This document shows, in pieces, positions 60,761 through 64,000 of a DNA stretch of 64,000 nucleotides. The notes beneath the pieces were generated by a model that worked only from the letters and a program-made list of their open reading frames with translations, searched no databases and was not told the origin of the DNA. The position numbers and the translations under genes are program-made. Source of the stretch: a virus (taxonomy: Duplodnaviria; Caudoviricetes); IMG/VR virus record IMGVR_UViG_3300010352_001405, positions 1 through 64,000 of that record; one strand, given 5' to 3'. Position 1 is the first letter of the stretch, and every line of letters starts with the position of its first letter.

Positions 60761-62317
60761 ATGTTTAGTAGATTAACAACGACAGGTAAAATTCTCGCAG
60801 GTTTAGTAATCGCAGGAATTCTTTTCGGATTGGGATATTTTCTTTATCCTAATTTCAAATCAGTTACAACGGCATCAAAAGAGATCCCTGGACTGACAGA
60901 AGATGAAATGGATAGTGTTTTGACTATCGGACTCAATACATTTGGTGGATACGCCGTTATTACTTATCTCAACGATGGAGTAACTCCAAATAAAAACAGT
61001 AGAATGTATAAGGATTTTGGACTTTTATTGGATATTAAACAGATGGATGATAGAAATCTATGCAAAGAATCTCTTATTTCAGATAAAACTGACGCAATTT
61101 ATACTACAACCGATATTTCACCGGCCGAAATGAGTGCCGATGGGGAATTGGCTAAGGCTGGAGTTGTTCAGTTTTTCAAAATTGATAATAGTGGTTCTGA
61201 TCTAGGCGGTGCAGATGTTATTGTAGGAACACGTTCTTATAATAGTGTGTCTGATTTGAAACCAAGCACAAAAATTGCTTGCGCTTTTCCAACAGCTTCT
61301 TCAACTCTGTTAATTAACTGGCTAGATGCCGGCGGGAAAACAGTTAATGATGTTGAGGTGGTTTATGTTGAAAGCGGAGCTAAAGCAGCAGAACTTTTTA
61401 CTCTAGGACAAGTAGATCTTGCAGTAGTATGGTCTCCGGATGATGTCGATTGTATTAATAAGGTTAAAGGTTCTCATGTTGTAACTAGTACAAAATTCGC
61501 GAGATCTATCATCATGGACGGTCTTATTGCTAAAAGAAGCACTATTGATAAGAAATTTAATTTATTTGTTAAATTGACAAGAGCTTGGATGGTGGGTAAT
61601 TCAGAAATGACTGATCCAGCCAAAAGGGATTTAGCTGCCAAATCTTTTGCAACAGCTTTCAATTTTAAATATGAATTAGTAAAGGATGCTGTTGATAAAA
61701 TTAGATGTGCTACATATGGAGATAATTTGGCATTCTTTGGACTGGATGCAACATATACTGGAATTGACGGTGATGATCTATATACACGAATGGCTAAGAT
61801 TTATTCTAAAATTAAAGATCCAGCATCTAAAAGTTATTACGCAGTTAATCCTCTTCCATGGGTTAAAGTATCTTACTCCGGAGTAATTGAATCCATAAAA
61901 GATTTAACTGGAATTCAACACGCTGCAGAGGGTCAAATTCAATTTGAGCCATCTTCAAAAGAAACCATGTCTAAAACTCCAATGGCAACAAAACATGTGA
62001 CAATTCAATTTGCATTAAATTCTTTCGAACTAGATAATACTGCGAAAGATATCATCGATAGAGAAGTTGGCACTACTTTAAATAGTTGGTTAGGCGCAAG
62101 AATTAGAATTGAGGGTAATACTGATAAAACAGGCAATAGAGAAAATAATAAAGCTCTATCGTATAAAAGAGCTAATGCTGTAAAAAATTATTTGATGAAA
62201 ACATATGATTTTCAAGAAAATAGGTTTGATATTATTGGAAATGGTCAGGATAAACCAATTCCCGGTGGAACAAATGAAATGAATCGTAGAACTGACTTTG
62301 GATTAATTGGTGAATAA
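60761..62317 (+). CDS. NitT/TauT-type substrate-binding protein fused to an OmpA-like peptidoglycan-binding domain
   Basis: GADVIV, DLAVVWSPD; IEGNTDKTG...NKALSYKRANAV...NRRTDF. Confidence 0.85.
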   Translation: MFSRLTTTGKILAGLVIAGILFGLGYFLYPNFKSVTTASKEIPGLTEDEMDSVLTIGLNTFGGYAVITYLNDGVTPNKNSRMYKDFGLLLDIKQMDDRNLCKESLISDKTDAIYTTTDISPAEMSADGELAKAGVVQFFKIDNSGSDLGGADVIVGTRSYNSVSDLKPSTKIACAFPTASSTLLINWLDAGGKTVNDVEVVYVESGAKAAELFTLGQVDLAVVWSPDDVDCINKVKGSHVVTSTKFARSIIMDGLIAKRSTIDKKFNLFVKLTRAWMVGNSEMTDPAKRDLAAKSFATAFNFKYELVKDAVDKIRCATYGDNLAFFGLDATYTGIDGDDLYTRMAKIYSKIKDPASKSYYAVNPLPWVKVSYSGVIESIKDLTGIQHAAEGQIQFEPSSKETMSKTPMATKHVTIQFALNSFELDNTAKDIIDREVGTTLNSWLGARIRIEGNTDKTGNRENNKALSYKRANAVKNYLMKTYDFQENRFDIIGNGQDKPIPGGTNEMNRRTDFGLIGE

Positions 62318-62338
62318 TTGTTGTTATTTGATTATTAT

Positions 62339-62369
62339 GGGGGGTTCAAATATCGGACCCCCTTTTTTC
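62339..62369 (+). terminator. Intrinsic terminator
   Basis: gggggttc..ggaccccc plus T tract. Confidence 0.7.
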
Positions 62370-62390
62370 AATGAGTAAAAAAACATAAAA

Positions 62391-63227
62391 ATGAACATAA
62401 AAAAAATATTTAATTCTTTTGGAAAAGATTGGAAGTATCTTTTTAAAATGGAAAGTCCTAAAACATCAGATATAAATTCGAGTACAAAAATAATTCTTTT
62501 GTTTTTAGGAACCGCTATTTTGTTTTTTCTGTGGTGGGGAATAAACTTAACAAATTTAATTTCGGCAAATATTCTTCCATCTCCAATTAAAGTTTTTTCT
62601 TCTTTTGAAGAATTAGTAGTGAAGAAACATTTAATACAAAATACGATTTATTCTTTCGGAATCAATTTCGCAGGTTATATAATCGCAATATTAATAGCAC
62701 TTCCCTTGGGATTTATTTTGGGTCTAATTCCGGGTTTCAGAGAAATGTTTAGTAAACAAATAGATACCGCGAGATTTCTCCCCATTCCGGCAGTAACGGG
62801 TATATTTTTAGCTATTTTTGGATTATCTGTTTGGTTAAAAATAAATTTTTTAGCTTTTGGTATCTTTGTTTATTTACTTCCAGTTGTTGTAATTAGAATT
62901 ATCGAAGTTGATAAAACATATAAACAAACCATATGGACACTCGGAGCTAATAAATGGCAACAATTAAGAAGAGTTTATATTCCATCAGTTTTATCAAGAG
63001 TATCTGATGATATTAGAGTTCTAGTTGCAATTTCATGGACATATATTGTTGTCGCAGAAATGATGTTTAACACAGGTGGTTTAGGTGGTCTCATTCCTAT
63101 TGTTAGACAAGAAACAAGATATGATATGCTATATGCGATACTTTTAGTGTTTGTTTTTATAGCTTTCATACAAGATAAATTGTTAATGATCCTAGATAAA
63201 TCAGCTTTTAAATTCAAATACGTATAA
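62391..63227 (+). CDS. ABC transporter permease (NitT/TauT)
   Basis: LPSPIKV, RFLP, TLGANKWQ, SWTYIVVAE, GLG. Confidence 0.9.
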   Translation: MNIKKIFNSFGKDWKYLFKMESPKTSDINSSTKIILLFLGTAILFFLWWGINLTNLISANILPSPIKVFSSFEELVVKKHLIQNTIYSFGINFAGYIIAILIALPLGFILGLIPGFREMFSKQIDTARFLPIPAVTGIFLAIFGLSVWLKINFLAFGIFVYLLPVVVIRIIEVDKTYKQTIWTLGANKWQQLRRVYIPSVLSRVSDDIRVLVAISWTYIVVAEMMFNTGGLGGLIPIVRQETRYDMLYAILLVFVFIAFIQDKLLMILDKSAFKFKYV

Positions 63228-63230
63228 GAT

Positions 63231-63638
63231 ATGAACAACAATTTTTTTAATGACACTATAAAAAAAGAAGAAGTAATTATTCCACAAACGGATACAAAAT
63301 CCAATCCTTTTATTGAGGTAGAATCAGTGGATGTTAAAACAAAACATGATGTTGTAGAAGAAAAACTCAATGGAGTTAAATACAATCAAACAAATATAAT
63401 GGAACTTAATCATATCAATCAAACATATGATGATGGGAAAATTGTTATATTCGATGATTTTAATTTACAAATAAAAGATATTGCTGATAGAGGACAGTTC
63501 ATTGCAATAATCGGAGAATCCGGGTGCGGAAAATGTTTTTCTAAAAATAGTTTTATAACAATAAGAAATAAAAAAACTCAAAAAATAGAAAAAATTAAAG
63601 CAGATGATTTTATAAAACGTTTACGAAAACCGAATTAA
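63231..63638 (+). CDS. N-terminal part of an ABC ATPase followed by a putative split-intein N fragment (63534-63635)
   Basis: Walker A GESGCGK directly followed by CFSKNSFITIRNKKTQKIEKIKADDF (intein block A-like), then stop. Confidence 0.75.
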   Translation: MNNNFFNDTIKKEEVIIPQTDTKSNPFIEVESVDVKTKHDVVEEKLNGVKYNQTNIMELNHINQTYDDGKIVIFDDFNLQIKDIADRGQFIAIIGESGCGKCFSKNSFITIRNKKTQKIEKIKADDFIKRLRKPN

Positions 63639-63684
63639 CCAAATACGACATTATTATTTAAATATATTATAATTAAAAAAATAT

Positions 63685-64000
63685 ATGATATTTAAATATG
63701 CTTCTCATGAATTTGAACAGGATAATATACCACAGTGTAATATATGTAATGGTAAACTTATTATTAAATTAAGAAAAAAACGCAAACCAATAAAATATGA
63801 ATATTATCAGTTATATGGGTGTACAAATTGTAATTTGAATAATAGATATTTAAAATGGAAGTCATTATTACCGAAGGAATTATATAATAAGATAAAATTA
63901 ATGTATAGTAACCAATTGGTTAAAAATCATATATTCAATATAAATAATTATTTAAAAAAGGGATATAGTGAAGAAGATGCAAAAAAAATAATATCTAATA
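63685..64000 (+). CDS. Probable free-standing endonuclease (5' part, runs off the window)
   Basis: CNIC..CTNC, YLKKGYSEEDAKKIIS repeat type. Confidence 0.5.
   Translation, partial: MIFKYASHEFEQDNIPQCNICNGKLIIKLRKKRKPIKYEYYQLYGCTNCNLNNRYLKWKSLLPKELYNKIKLMYSNQLVKNHIFNINNYLKKGYSEEDAKKIISN

Overview
This very AT-rich 64 kb segment is most consistent with a jumbo phage (standard genetic code) infecting a Bacteroidota host. Host evidence: TAnnTTTG promoters, no Shine-Dalgarno sites, a Bacteroidota-like GroEL and a FISUMP protein. Protein content: single-chain type IIA topoisomerase, SbcC/gp46-like ATPase, GroES/GroEL, ribosomal protein S1-like gene, RNase HI, DksA/TraR, one intact and one broken MoxR-VWA pair, a TTL-like ATP-grasp ligase, several free-standing endonucleases, and a PspA/OmpA-ABC operon whose ATPase appears fractured by a split intein. 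RNA content: two tRNA clusters, including a group I intron-split tRNA-Asn, D-arm-less tRNA-like RNAs, a GOLLD-like RNA with an embedded tRNA, an RNase P-like RNA and two unassigned structured RNAs. Best candidate for an undescribed system: each tRNA cluster is preceded by the same terminator/antiterminator switch and a short leader ORF whose codons match the anticodons of that cluster, suggesting a ribosome-coupled tRNA-depletion sensor that turns on replacement tRNAs. Also notable are a DPYGEE(D/N)W peptide tag (17 copies) with a T4-like capsid-targeting N-terminus on many unrelated proteins, and a tandem LRR gene array with shuffled variable modules. All calls are by eye, with no database searches; some frameshifts and junctions could be assembly errors.
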